Of a DNA stretch of 64,000 nucleotides, positions 1 to 12,808 are shown one piece after another (positions within the stretch are counted from its first letter, which is position 1; each line of letters starts with the position of its first letter). The notes under the pieces were generated by a model, which worked only from the letters and a program-made list of their open reading frames with translations, did no database searches and had not been told where the DNA came from. The DNA comes from Octopus sinensis. Its lineage: Eukaryota. The translations under genes were made by a program, and so were the position numbers. The stretch spans positions 37,820,001 to 37,884,000 of the forward strand of contig NC_043009.1 of the NCBI RefSeq assembly GCF_006345805.1. The letters run 5' to 3'.

Positions 1-559
1 TGTTTTCATAAAAGACTGGAAATAAAGAATGCTGCTTGCACTACAGTGATGCATGTTTATAACCAATGCATGATGAAAAGAACATACACACCATATCCGG
101 TAAGTTCATCATCATCATCAATTCACAGCAGGGAAAGTTCACCATCACAATTCACCATATTTTTTAAATAAAATAGTTTTTAACTATAAATGGTGAGATA
201 CTATGGATATATTTTCTCGGTAAACTTTTTTCACAGTGAATTGATGGTTGTCAACTTACCTGTAATACACATTTACAAGATGAGCTTCTTTCACTTTCTG
301 CTACCAAATCCATTTAAAAAGGCTTTAGTTGGCTTAAGGCTGGCTACAGTAGAAGACACTAGCTCAAGGTGCTATGCAGGGTTACTAAGCCCAAAACCAT
401 GTTGTTGGGAAGAAAACTTTATAAGCTCACAGCCATGCCTATACTATATTAAAGATTTGGTCACAACCAAAAATTTGATGTAACTCTAAATCGCCATTAT
501 CATAGAGTTGCAGAATTGTAATATGGTATAATGGGTTAAAAGAAATCCATTATTTTTCA

Positions 560-915
560 ATGGGAAACAGTCCAAGACCATCTTCGGTCACTACACTGAC
601 CATGGGATTGCACCTAGGACGTTACTCTCCCAAGCACAAGTCCGGGCAAGGTTATTTATGGAAGACCAGCAGTTGTGACCATGCATACCAGCCTCCCTTC
701 TCCACACTACTGATGTTGTCCAAAGGAAAGGCAAAGGCTGATACAGTTGGCACCAGTGATGTCACAACTCATTTCTTACAGATGAATGAACTGGAGCAAT
801 GTGAAATAAAGTGTCTTACTCAAGAACACAACACACAACCCGGTTCAGGAATTGAACTCACAACCTCATGATCGTAAGCCTGATGCTCTAACCACTGAAT
901 CATGTGCCTTCCCTT
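560..915 (-). mobile_element. SINE family C copy, chimeric (3' part shares private variants and flank with the 29.9-kb copy)
   Basis: Same family motifs; see finding at 469-670. Confidence 0.85.
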
Positions 916-1322
916 CAATTATAATTACAATTAGTGGAATATATCAGTGTGACATAGTCTCCGACCTGTGTAGGGTAGCAATAAAGCTAAATAACTAACT
1001 TTGAGCTTTATGACTGGTCCAAACCATACCAACATTGAAACTGGGCATAAAATCATAGAGGAAATTATGTGGAAGCCTACTGAGAGGACTATTCCCATTC
1101 TATGGCAGGAAACTTTATCAGTCACCTAGCTTAATACCCACCACCTGGTCTCTCGGGTGCTTTGAGCAAGTACCTAGGCCAAATTTTCAGTCTTGTTTTA
1201 ATTTCTTTCTTTTCTTATATTACTTTTGGAGGATTTAATTAGATAATTAAATAAGAAGTAAACGAGTAAATAAATAAATAAATATAATTTATGAAATGTT
1301 ATTCAAAAAATCTTGAAATTAC

Positions 1323-1513
1323 CTGATCTGATGCTGTAACGTAGATGGTGAATTGCCGACCAAGTCCCAGATATAAGTTTTGGTTTGACTTAACAACACC
1401 TGTCGTAGAATTTATCTTAAACTTATTTCCATCACGTCCAGAAAGAGCATAGCTTATCTTTCCATTAAGACCAATATCAAAATCAACAGCTGTTATTCCA
1501 AATACAAATTCAC
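1323..1513 (-). CDS. FAT4: FAT4-like exon I, last in window (191 nt, phase 1 to 0): EFVFGITAVDFDIGLNG...GLGRQFTIYVTASDQ
   Basis: ttttcag acceptor, CAG|GTAATT donor; not in the ORF track, translated by hand; KGEFVFG is a motif I recall from the atypical repeat of Fat. Confidence 0.92.
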
Positions 1514-2769
1514 CTGAAAAAGGAAAAAAAAAAAAACATATATAAGAAACATAAGAAACATACCGAAGAAAAATTTAACAAATTTTTTTAATGATATCAA
1601 AAGATAAAAGTAAAATTTTCTCCAAAACTTGGATTAGCCACTGCAGTTTTGCAGTGGCTCATCAGAATTTGTTGTTAATCTCTCTAATCCAAATGATATT
1701 TTTTTAATAAAGGTGATTACAAATTTGAAGCTAAATAATAAAATTATAAATATGAATCATCAAAGGTATAAAAGTTCTTTAAATAGTAACAGTACAAAAA
1801 TACAAAATACATAAATAAATCTAATAAGATAGTTAAAGTGTTTCTTCATATCTAAAACATTTGTAGAAATTAGTAATGATTGATGAAAAGGAAAATTTGT
1901 TTGTTTTTAAAAGACTACTCCTGCAGAAGCTAGCTGTAATTTCAGGTGCATAATTAAGTCCTGTTAAGCTTTTGGTGTGAACAAACCAAACTTATCATTT
2001 AGTAAAAGAACTAATATGAAGAAGGCTTAGGCAACAAAAGTAGGATGAAAATATGACATCAGTGGAAGAATTTGCTGTTATTTTATAACTGAAGAATATT
2101 TTATTTTCGAAGTGTATGTGAGTGAAAAGCTAAGCATCCCACAGATCAACTGACAAGAGTCTGTTGTTTATTATTCTTATAATAATAATATCAGGGGAAG
2201 TTAAGGCAGTGAGCTGGCAGAATCGTTAGCATGCTGGGCAAAATGCTTAGCGGCATTTTATCTTTCTTTATGTTCCGAGTTCAGATTCTGTTGAGACTGA
2301 CTTTGCTTCTCATCCTTTCGAGGTCAAGTACATCAACTTATCCCCTCCTCCCTCCTGTAAGACTGAATTAAGTGCCTTGTGGTATTTGTTCTGGCTCTAT
2401 GCATTCTAGGCTCAAAACTACCATACCCTACTTGAGTGATAATCTCAATCTCTCACTCAGTTTAACACCACCACCAAACACTATGTCCACTCTGTTTCAA
2501 GCATTTGGGAGCAGGTCTCTGCTTCGAGGGAACCTTTCTCTTCCGTTCCCTCTCACCAGTCTTGGAGACTCTGTAAAAGGCCAGGGACACTGCCTAACCT
2601 CCTGACTTAAAAGAAAAAAAAAATAATACAAGAAATTTAATTGAAGTTAATTGAACGAGGACCAGACCAACAAAGCAGTCACTCAACTTGTTAGATATAG
2701 TAGTCAAATCTCTTGGAAAAACCATTATATCAACTAAAAAGCAAAATGGAATATAAGGGATATTACATT

Positions 2770-3005
2770 TCCAATTTCCTGCACACATGACATATGGCTG
2801 GAATGCCCTTGATCATACTCTTCTCCTCTGGAAGCCTTCTGCTCGCGATACCAGAGGGTGCACACTCTCCTACCCTGATGTAATCTCCAGGGACACAGGC
2901 ATCCAGCAACAGGACCTCTGTAATGCTATGATGGACCGTGAAGTCTGGCGTAACATAGTAAGTTCCACTGTCTCGACCATGGTCGAACAATGATGATGAT
3001 CATCA
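2770..3005 (+). mobile_element. RTE LINE 3' end fragment
   Basis: LLLWKPSARDTRGCTLSYPDVISRDTGIQQQDLCNAMMDREVWRNIV, then stop and (GAT)n tail. Confidence 0.8.
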
Positions 3006-3886
3006 TGGGTCTGCTTCATCAGGACTTACTTGTTGTTATGCAACAACAGCCTCAAATCAATGGGGGAACTTTCTACATGGTCACTCAACTCACAAGAAAT
3101 GATAGCAAAATTTCCCTCAAATTACACCCTACCATCAAAAAGGTGGAAAGCATCCATTACATAATGTAGTTCAAGATATGCTATGCCTGTAAAACAATTG
3201 GTTGGTCATGGATGGAATATCTTTGATAACAGCAAACAAAGAGCTAATTGATGGCTGTCACAAAAAAACAGAGGGTGATGCAATTCAGAGCCAGTGTGTT
3301 TGAACCAAACGTGTCAGGAAGGGTACCAGACTGTAAAACATCACCTCAATAATAGATTCCTCTAACTCATGCCAACACAGAAAGTAAAAACGGAAGTAAA
3401 GACAAATTAGTGAACAAATGAACATCAATGAATTAATGTTGAAACTGCCATGCTCTCAGTCTTGTGTAGTGTGTGTGTCTGTGTCCCTGAACAAACACAG
3501 AAAATATCAGTGAGTAGACAACACTTAACAAGCTGTATGTGTCTAACATTTATAGTCACAGTAGCTGAAATGTGTGTGTGTGTGTAACTGTGTGTAATGA
3601 AAGACCAGACGCAAAGGTACTTATAGATTTCCAATTTCCTCCTCTGATACACTTCTATGGTTCCATTTCTTTAAATATTATCACCATTAAGTTGATCCTT
3701 TAATTGAATGACTCTATATATTCGAGATGACATAAATAAACCGAGTTCAATGTAACGAATGAAAAAAAAAAGAAAAAGAAAAAGAAAAAAAAAACAAAAA
3801 AAAAAATAATACCTGTTAAAAGGTATCCACATAAATTGTTAAAGAAAGTCATCAAAACATAACAATAGGCAATAACTGTAAAATAC

Positions 3887-4137
3887 CTTTTACTGTTGGA
3901 TGGTAAATAAATTTGTTGTATGATTTCTGATTAAACTTCGGCTTGTTATCGTTTCTGTCTCGCACATTAACTGTCACTGCAGCTGTTGCTGTTCTTGGAG
4001 TGTAGCCAGCGTCTTCGGCTACCACAAAGAACTTATATTGGTCTTGTTTTTCTCGATCAAATGATGCAGTTGCCATAATTGTTCCCCTTGCAGGATCAAT
4101 AGTAAACTTGCCGTCCAAGTCGGATATCAGAGAATAT
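3887..4137 (-). CDS. FAT4: FAT4-like exon H (251 nt, phase 2 to 1): YSLISDLDGKFTIDP...FDREKQ...DRNDNKPKF...HPTVK(G)
   Basis: cattgcag acceptor, G|GTATTT donor; AG|A split codon with exon G. Confidence 0.94.
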
Positions 4138-4294
4138 CTGCAATGAAATAGAAGTCGTTAGTTTAATTTCAAGAGGACATTAAAACAAGAAAGAGCTATA
4201 ACGACGACGGTGGACTCGACAGATTAGGGTTCTGAAATTTCTTGCTGAACAACCTGCACAGATAATTTGGTTTTAGTGATCAAATGTTTCTACT

Positions 4295-4660
4295 GCCCAT
4301 TTCCTTCATCAAATTATTTCATGTACAGATGCATGGTGTGCCACATGGTAGATGTTGAAGTGATTACAAAGCAACATGAAATAAAAAAGTCTTTGGCTTA
4401 AAAACACAATGCACTACACCCAGTCCAGGAATTGAAACCACGATTCTGTTATTGTGATGCCCATTTCCTCCATCACATCAACATTTCATGTACAGATGCA
4501 TGGCGTGCCACATGACAGATGCTGACATAATTACAGAGCAACATGAAATAAAAAAGTCTTTTGCTTAAAACACAATGCACCACACCCAGTCCAGGAATTG
4601 AAACCATGATTCTGTTATTGTGAATGCAACACCTTAACCACTAAGCCATGTGCTCTCACC
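4295..4660. repeat. Tandem duplication (164-bp period) of a family C-like SINE segment
   Basis: Units start gcccatttcc at 4295 and 4459. Confidence 0.9.
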
Positions 4661-7020
4661 AGCACAACAACAACAACATATTTCGAGCTGTTGTTATGTA
4701 ACTAGTATTGGTTAATGCTGCATAACCACTCATCAAAACCATTTCAAGGAATCTAACCAGAAATGGTTGGTGTACACTAAAAAGCTGATCAATATGTGAA
4801 TCTCAAAAACCAAGACAGCAAGCAACCAGAATTGTTAGCACATCAAACAAAATGCTTAGTGACATTTCTTCTGGTTTTATGTTGCAGGTTCAAATGTCAC
4901 TGAGGTCAACTTCCAGGGTTCAAATGTCATTGAGGTCAAATTTCAGAGTTGATAAAATAAAGTGCCAGTCAAGTAGTGGGTGGGATTAAGGGGAGATTAA
5001 TGTAACTGACTTTCCCCACTTCTAAAAACTACTGGCCTTTTGCTAAAATTATTATTATTATGGTAATAAGATGGCAAAATCATTAAAGAGTTGGACAAAA
5101 TGTGGCATTTTTTCAAGCGGTTTACATTCTGTGTTCAAATTTTACTGTGGCCAGCTTGACTTTTCATCCTTGGAGATCAATGGTAGCAGCTAACCTTCAC
5201 TCCTCAGAATTGCCTTTCATCCTTTTGGGGGTTGATAAAATAACTACCAGTTAAGCACTGGGGTCGATGTAATTGACTTAGCCCATCCTCCTAAAATTGT
5301 TAGCCTTGTGCCAAAATTTGAAACCATTATTATTATTATTATATTATTATTATTATTATTATTGTTGTTGTTGTTGTTGTTATTATTGAGAAAAGCTGGC
5401 AGAATTGTTAACATGCTGGGCAAAATACTTAGCAGAATTTTACCCGTCTTTACATTCTGATTTCAAATTCTGCCGAGGTCGATTTTGCTTTCCATCCTTT
5501 CAAAGTTGCTAAATCAAGTACCACTTGATTATAACAATTTTTTTGCTTCATAGTAGAAAGGATTATTAATATTATTATTTAATGTTTCTTCTTTCATCAA
5601 TAAATAAATCCTTTAGTCTGAAATAACACAACGTTTTTATTATTCACCAAGCTTGACTTTGCCTTTCGTTCTTTTCAGGGTCGATAAATTAAGTACCAGT
5701 GAAACACTGGGGTCGATGTCATCTACTAGTCCCTTACCCCAAAATTTCAAGCCTTGTGCCTTTAGTAGAAAGGATTATTATTATTATTTAATGTTTCTTC
5801 TTTCATCAATAAATAAATCTTTTAGTCTAAAATGACACAATGTTTTTATTATTATTATTATTACTATTGACTATAATAAATAAATACTATTTATTATCAG
5901 TTTGATTTAGACAGTATTCTTCTTATAAAACAAACATCAAGAGGTAAAAAAAAAACAGACAAAAAAAAACAAAACAAACTTCAACAAAACAAAAAAAACT
6001 GAAACCCACAGATATTTTCAATGTTCTCCAAGTGTGATAAAATGAAAGTAAATCAATGATTATGTTTTCTAATGAAGACTTATTAATGTCAGCACTAATT
6101 TTAATCCAAACCACTAGCAATTTCTTGGTTTTCTGCAGGTAGATTAATCATGAGACAATAATAAGTTTCCAACTGAGATTATATAATCTCATTTAAGGTG
6201 GCTTTTGTTTCTTCTTTTTCTCTTTCTTTTTTCCTATATATAAATTCAGCTTTGTCATGTCGATTCTGTAATCAACTTTATTTTTCATTTCTATCCAGTC
6301 TGCAGCCGCTGAAGACAATTTCGAACTTACTATCTTAATTTATTTGTTGGTTTTTATACAAGTTTTTTTTCGTCAAATCATAAAGAAGAACTTAGCTAAG
6401 CTTTCAATTTTTTTTTTTTAATAAAAAAAACTCGCCTATAAGATAAGTCGTTGTAATTCTTTAGAATGTAAGATTTGAATTAAGACTAATGCAGACATTA
6501 TTTCTGGGTAGATGCTATAGAAAAGGAGGGATTCTGGTCACATCTGAAGATTTAAAAATGTTCAAGCACAAAAAAAAAAAAAATCAAAAGAACTTTTATC
6601 TATGTAAGACTGTTGAATAAATACCAGCATAAATTCTTATTCCACAATATAATGTCATAAGTTTTCTATGAAAATTCTTCAATATAACTTTTCTATATAA
6701 ATTCTTTCTTATGATGATGGTATAAATTTCCAGTTTAAATTCTTCACTCCATCTTCACTCACCCTCTCTTCTAAAATGTGAGTGGTTATGTAGCTCCTCT
6801 ATTTCGATCGTTTTCTCTTATACTTTACCACTATCTACTTCTTGTTCACCTAGCATACAGTTGCCCCACCTCCTCATCACTTGGGGTTTGTAGTCTTGAA
6901 AGCTGCATAATGAATGGCCTCACTGGTGCTGATGGCACAAAATAAAAAGCATCAAGTAGAAGCAGCTATAAAGCAGTTGGCATTAGGAAGGGTATCCAGC
7001 CACAGAAACCTTAAGAAATT

Positions 7021-7392
7021 AAGGTGGCAAGCTGGTAGAAACGTTAGCACGCCAGGCGAAATGCTTAGCGGTATTTCGTCTGCCGTTACGTTCTGAGTTC
7101 AAATTCTGCCGAGGTCGACTTTGCCTTTGATCCTTTTGGGGTCAATAAATTAAGTACCAGTTACGCACTCGGGGTCAATCTAATCGACTTAATCCCTTTG
7201 TCTGTCCTTGTATTTTGTCTGCCGTTATGTTCTGAGTTCAAATTCCACCGAGGTCGACTTTACCTTTCATCCATTCGAGGTCAATAAATTAAGTACCAGT
7301 TATGCACTGGGGTCGATCTAATCGACTCAATCCCTTTGTCTGTCCTTGTTTATCCCCTCTATGGTTAGCCCCTTGCGGGCAATAAAGAAATA
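7021..7392 (+). mobile_element. SINE family A with internal duplication and 10-bp TSD, nested in an RTE-tail repeat (6895-7490)
   Basis: TSD agaaacctta at 7004-7013 and 7393-7402; body repeated from about 7213. Confidence 0.88.
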
Positions 7393-9904
7393 AGAAACCT
7401 TAGCAAAGCAGCCACCGGAGCACAATAGTCTTTGGATCCTGTTAAAGACCATGCCAACCCATGCCAACATAGATGTTAAATGATGATGAGGAATTGTTAT
7501 AACTTTTCTATATAAATTCTTCACTATGGTAGTGTTTAAAATTTGTGCATGTACATTCTTCCTCATGATGTTGTATAAAACTTTCCAATATGTCAAGGAA
7601 TTGTAATAGAAATCTATGAATTCTTTTCAGTTTTGGAATAAAATATTCTATTAACCTATTAACATGTGAAGGTGTGTTTCCTAGTTGTTAGCAGCATAGA
7701 ACTCACGATTATAAGTTTATGAGTTCAATTCTTGGTCTGGGACATGTACTGTATCTTTTGAGCAATGCACTTCATTTCATGGTACTCCAGTTCAATCAGC
7801 TGAAAATGAGTACTATCTGGCTGCTGGTACAACCCTCACTCCCTCTAGGAGATTGTGGAGTATCCTCAGCTTCATCACAATCGTTTTAGGCTCATTTCTT
7901 TCCTGCCAAGCTTATTGTTTAAACCATATTTGTGTTCTCCCAGTCAATAGCCTTATCATTACTGGTACTTTAAACTCTTCGGTTGCATATTTGTGTGAAT
8001 AAAATTGTTTTTCTTTGGAATAGAAAAAAAGTCTATCTTTATTTCTTCTTTTGCTGGTGTCCCAAATTAAGGTTAAATCAGTGTTTCTCAAAGGGGAGTC
8101 CTATGGGACAGTCAGACAAGTTGTTTTGAGAAAATTTGGTTTAAATGTTTGACAACTCAGCACCGTCCATTGGACGGGGGGGCATTTTGCTTGTATATAT
8201 ATATATATGAAGTAGTAATAATTCCTTAGAATTTTGTAATTCACTTTTCTTCCATACAGATATTCATTGAGATTTAATAACCCTTCTGAGACCCCTGGTT
8301 CTATGACACGCAATTACTGTTTTAAGGTGATCTAAATTAAAATCTTTCATCAAAATTTCATGTTAATTTATGCTACAAAATTCACCTTAATGATGGTTTC
8401 TTCATTATTTACATAATTAATTGAAACAAATGCAGAGTATTTCAGTAGAAATAGGGTAACAAAAAAGGTTAAAGCATTCCAAATGAAATGCCGTTAATGT
8501 ATAATGTATACTCAATTCTTGCTGTACTCTTTGTAACTAGTGGCTCCTGGGCAGGATAATTAATATTAAGAGACCAAATTGAAGAAAATATTTAATATTG
8601 TCTGAAAATGTTGCAGTGATAGATTGGGTATCTTATTCAAAGGGAAATTATCTGTTAAATGTGACAGTTCAAAGCTAGGTATCACCCTTACATGAAATCC
8701 TGTGGCTCTTATTTCATAAAATTATTTAATATTTCTGCTTGCTTATTTCATACTAAAGGATTTATCATTTTTACTTATTGATAAAAGAAGAAATATGAAT
8801 TCATTTCAGGAAGGAATATCACAAAACAGCTTCATCCAAGTGTCAAATAGCATTTATCAGAGCCACCTGACTGGCTCCCATTGCCAAAGCCACATAAAAA
8901 GCACCACTCAAGCATGGTTGTTGCCAGTTCCACCAAACTGGCCTCTGTGCCGGTGCTATGTAAAAAGCACCCACTATACTCTCAGAGTGGTTGGTTTTTG
9001 GAAAGGCACTCACCTGTAGAAACTTTGCCAAATCAGATTGGAGCCTGGTGCAGCCTCCTGGCTTGCCAGTCCTCAGTCAAACTGTCCAACCCATGCCAGC
9101 ATGGAAAGCGGACGTTAAACGATGATGATGATGATGATAATCTTAGCACATTTGATTGAACTCATTTAAGAAAAATATACCTTGTGTATTATAACTACTG
9201 TGTTTGATCAAACACATTCTATAGATTTACGTAACTTATAAAAGAAACTATTTCTGAACTGCATTATTTCAGTTGAATGAAATATTAACATATCAATGAG
9301 AGCACAGTATTTCTGCTCTTGAACAGTGTTTTGAAGCATTCTCACCATCAAGATATATATTATCAGTCTAGTCAGTTAATGCTGTAGTTATCTTAAGGGA
9401 TCATATCTATGGATCTTTACTAAAAAAAAAAAAAAAAAAAAAAAGAAATCATGGTATGCTAATCTAGGAGAGATAACAAAACACAAGAAGAATATGACAA
9501 AATCCAAAGTGAAATTGGGAATTATGCTCATAAATATTTGTTGATAATTGTTATAAAAAAATGGCAATTTATAAATATTTGGCAATTTTATTATGATGTA
9601 ATTACTAAGACTCTTTGGAACAACAACAAGGCATCTAGAAGTTTCTATTTCTTCTCACCTTAAAAAATCTAAATCCTCCTGTTAGACACCAAATGAAAAT
9701 GACTAATGGATTATTGCCCTTGATATGATTTGGAATTAACTGTTTAGAAAAGTTCATTAACAAAATTTGTTCCGATTTTCTAAGTATTTGCATGTTTGTG
9801 GAGGAAAATCAACATATATCAGTTGCACCTAAGTTTTTTTCAGTTAAAATCAAGATTAAAGCAGTGCAACTTATACAGGAGTAAAGACAGATTAATATCT
9901 GTCT

Positions 9905-10222
9905 AACACCTGTGGACATGTTTACAAAGTCAGAAAACAGCACAGCTCCCATGACTTTCGGAAACATTTTTTCACGCTAAGAGTTGCTGAAGCATGGAAC
10001 AAACTGCTGGCATCAGTTGTTAGTTGTCGGAGCACTGCATTCTTCAAAACTTCCATGCTTCCTGAGATTCGCCAACACTACACCTGATTCTCTCCCCTCC
10101 ATACACACGCAAGCATGTATCTGACTCATACAGTGTTCACTTTCTAGACATTTGTATATTACTGCATATGCTTTATGCGCACTTTTGACAAGTTGTGGTG
10201 CACCTGAGCACTGTATACAATA
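9905..10222 (+). mobile_element. CR1-clade LINE 3' end (ORF2 C-terminus plus 3' UTR)
   Basis: NTCGHVYKVRKQHSSHDFRKHFFTLRVAEAWNKLLASVVSCRSTAFFKTSM fits the CR1 TRGH..K..FF..RV...WN.LP..VV..FK signature. Confidence 0.8.
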
Positions 10223-10410
10223 TTTAGCGGTATTTCGTCTGTCGTTACGTTCTGAGTTCAAATTCCACCGAGGTCAACTTTGCCTTTCATCCTTTCGGGG
10301 TCGATAAATAAAGTACCAGTTTCGCACTGGGCTCGATGTAATCGACTTAATCCCTTTGTCTGTCCTTGTTTATCCCCTCTGTTTAGCCCCTTATGGGCAA
10401 TAAAGAAATA
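10223..10410 (+). mobile_element. SINE family A, 5'-truncated, 60 bp from the exon G donor
   Basis: Family A body and tail motifs. Confidence 0.88.
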
Positions 10411-10470
10411 TATTATTATTATTATTATAAAAAAAGAACAAAGACATTATGAGTAAACCTGAAAGCTCAC

Positions 10471-10651
10471 CTGATCAAGGCATTAATTCCTTCGTCTTTG
10501 TCTGAAGCTTTCACAGTCACAATAGAAGAGTTTCCATGTTGATTCTCATCAATGTAACCCACATAGTGTGGCTGCAGGAAGACAGGGGTGTTATCATTTA
10601 TATCTTGTACTTCAATGTTCACAGTACCAGTACCAGTCAATGGAGGAGACC
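10471..10651 (-). CDS. FAT4: FAT4-like exon G (181 nt, phase 1 to 2): SPPLTGTGTVNIEVQDINDNTPVF...DKDEGINALI(R)
   Basis: atcccag acceptor, AG|GTGAGC donor; GSPPLTGTG..EVQDINDN matches my recollection of Drosophila Fat. Confidence 0.94.
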
Positions 10652-11284
10652 CTGGGATAAACAAGAGATAAGCGTGATTAATTTATAACCTAACCTCTTT
10701 CATTAGCACACTCATTATTATACATTTAACATATAACTCATTAGCATGATCATACATTGTGGTCTGAGATTGACAACTACTGGTTTCCCGGTTTCTCTGG
10801 TGTATATATTTCTCCCTGGATGGGATGCTAGTCCATTACAGGATTACTTATTTTTACTAGCTGAATGGACTGGAGCAACGTAAAATGAAGTGTTTTGCTC
10901 AAGAACACAAAACATTGCTCAATCCAGAAATTGAAACCACAATCTTATGAACATGAGTCCAACACCCTAACCACTACACCATGTACAACTGGTTAACAAA
11001 TATTTGTATATTTGTTTATGTTTAACATCCACTTGTCTATACTGGCATTGGTTGGATGGGTGCTTACTTGAAGCAGTAAGCAGTATTTTTACATCTGGAT
11101 GCTCTTCCTGTCACCAACTCTTTCTTGCTTTACAAATACAAGAGTTTTTATTCTATTATTTTGAAATTATGTTATGTACACCAAAATGTAAATACAACAA
11201 CACTATTTTCTTTTTTTTCTCTTCTCTCATGTGTCATGAAATGCCAACCTTCACACACACACACACACACACAAGGTTAAAGAA

Positions 11285-11599
11285 CCCCTTTCAGTCATGA
11301 ATGACCATGGGATTACACCTAGAAAGTTACCCTCAGGGGTAAAAAGTTCAGTTGCTTATGGAAGACTAGTAGTCACCCATGCATACCAGCCACCCTTCTC
11401 CACACCACAAATATTACCCAAGGGAAAGGCAGAGGTCAATACAGCAGGGCACCAATGACGTCGCAACTCATTTCTACAGCTGAGTGAACTGGAGCAACAT
11501 GAAATAAAGTGTCTTGCTCAAGAACACAACATGTAGTCCAGTTTGAGAATCAAACTCACTACTTCATGATTGTGAGGCTGACACTCTTATCACTGAGCC
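11285..11599 (-). mobile_element. SINE family C copy (others at about 4295-4660, 10760-10985, 16205-16450, 20820-21250, 37930-38150, 40570-40830, 61240-61480 and 63110-63330 on -; 7670-7850 and 21555-21830 on +)
   Basis: Shared gctcaagaacacaac / ctggagcaac.tgaaataaagtg motifs. Confidence 0.8.
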
Positions 11600-11660
11600 A
11601 TAGTGGTAAGTATCAACACCTACCATGTGGGAGACCAAGGTTCAATTCCCCACTGGGGAG
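11600..11660 (+). pseudogene. 5'-truncated tRNA-Asp(GTC)-like pseudogene (anticodon position now ACC)
   Basis: 61-nt gapless match to canonical metazoan tRNA-Asp from memory (atagtggt..gtatc..gggagacc..ggttc.attcccc...ggggag), about 14 substitutions, mostly transitions. Confidence 0.7.
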
Positions 11661-12359
11661 GTTAATACACACCCACCCACACACATACATCAAGCTCTCA
11701 TACAGTTTCTGTCCAATCTCACTCATATGACACTGGTCAGCCCAAGGATGGAGTAAAAGATAGTGGGACTAAACCTGAGACCAATATGACACTTGAAAAA
11801 TGTATAAAAATTTGTAAACTAACAGATATTTATTTTTCCAAATTTGAAGTATATTCTTATATTGTTTTATGGGTTCCATCACTGAGCTGCGGCCATGCTG
11901 GGGTTTCACTCTTAAAGTATGTGCATACATATATATATGTGCGGTGTGTGTAATCATTGTTATGATATCTAATATTCCTTGCTAGTATGGGTCAGATGAA
12001 ACTTACTGAAATAACATTTCTATGGCTGGATGATTTTGTTGTGGGCACATGATCTTCCCACTTGTTTCCCCTAGTCCTTTAAAGCAATGAAAAGCTCAAT
12101 GGCTCTCAAATGGCTGGAGATGCTTTCACAGTAGATTATAAACAAAGACATCATCCCATAAGCACTGATATTGTTTTTACACAGCATGGAAACAACATCA
12201 AGACAATGGAAAGTCTCTCTCTCTCTTTCTCTCTTACAAACACAACAAACAAACACACACACATGCACACTATAGGAAACCCATTGCATGAGAGTAGACA
12301 TGTAGCTTCTTAATAGCAAGAAACCTTCTGGCACACAGAAACATCATTAAGGTTCTTAC

Positions 12360-12808
12360 CTGAATCGGTAGCTATAACAGTGAGTCTATAGGTAGATTGA
12401 ACTTCTCGATCAAGTTTTCGACTAGCAGTTATTTCTCCTGAGCTTGAATTAATATGAAAAATATTTCGGTCACCATCACGGAAAGCGTACGTTATCCGGC
12501 TGTACAAATGTGAATCATCATCTCTTGCTGACAATGTGGTAACGTGGACGGGCAACTTCTCCATATTCTCTTGGACATAAGCTAGAAAAGGCGAATCGAC
12601 AAACACTGGAGCATTATCGTTAATGTCAACTATGGAGATATAAACAGCTGCCGTGTCATTACGGGCTTCGACCCCATTATCTTCACATTGAATGATAATG
12701 TGGTAAGACTTCTTCCGTTCGTAATCCAATTGTTTCTGTATTCGCAACAAGCCACTGCTCTGATCGAGACTGAAATCTTGGTTATCGTCGCCTTCAATGA
12801 TAAAGTAC
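12360..12808 (-). CDS. FAT4: FAT4-like exon F (449 nt, phase 2 to 1): YFIIEGDDNQDF...LDYE...DINDNAPVFVDSPF...LDREVQSTYRLTVIATDS(G)
   Basis: tgtttag acceptor, G|GTAAGA donor; CG|G split codon with exon E. Confidence 0.95.

Noticed and set aside
1-105. Open + frame from base 1 ending at CCG|GTAAGT (possible exon of an antisense gene)
   Set aside because: Only 33 codons, no visible acceptor, no recognisable motif, and no phase-compatible partner exon established.
560-871. 103-aa ORF and similar ORFs at 29871-30107, 37953-38144 and 59390-59644
   Set aside because: They lie wholly within SINE copies, and recur only because the SINE recurs.
1340-1385. Apparent frameshift in exon I on first reading
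   Set aside because: Careful re-translation gives one continuous frame (NQNLYLGLGRQFTIYVTASDQ).
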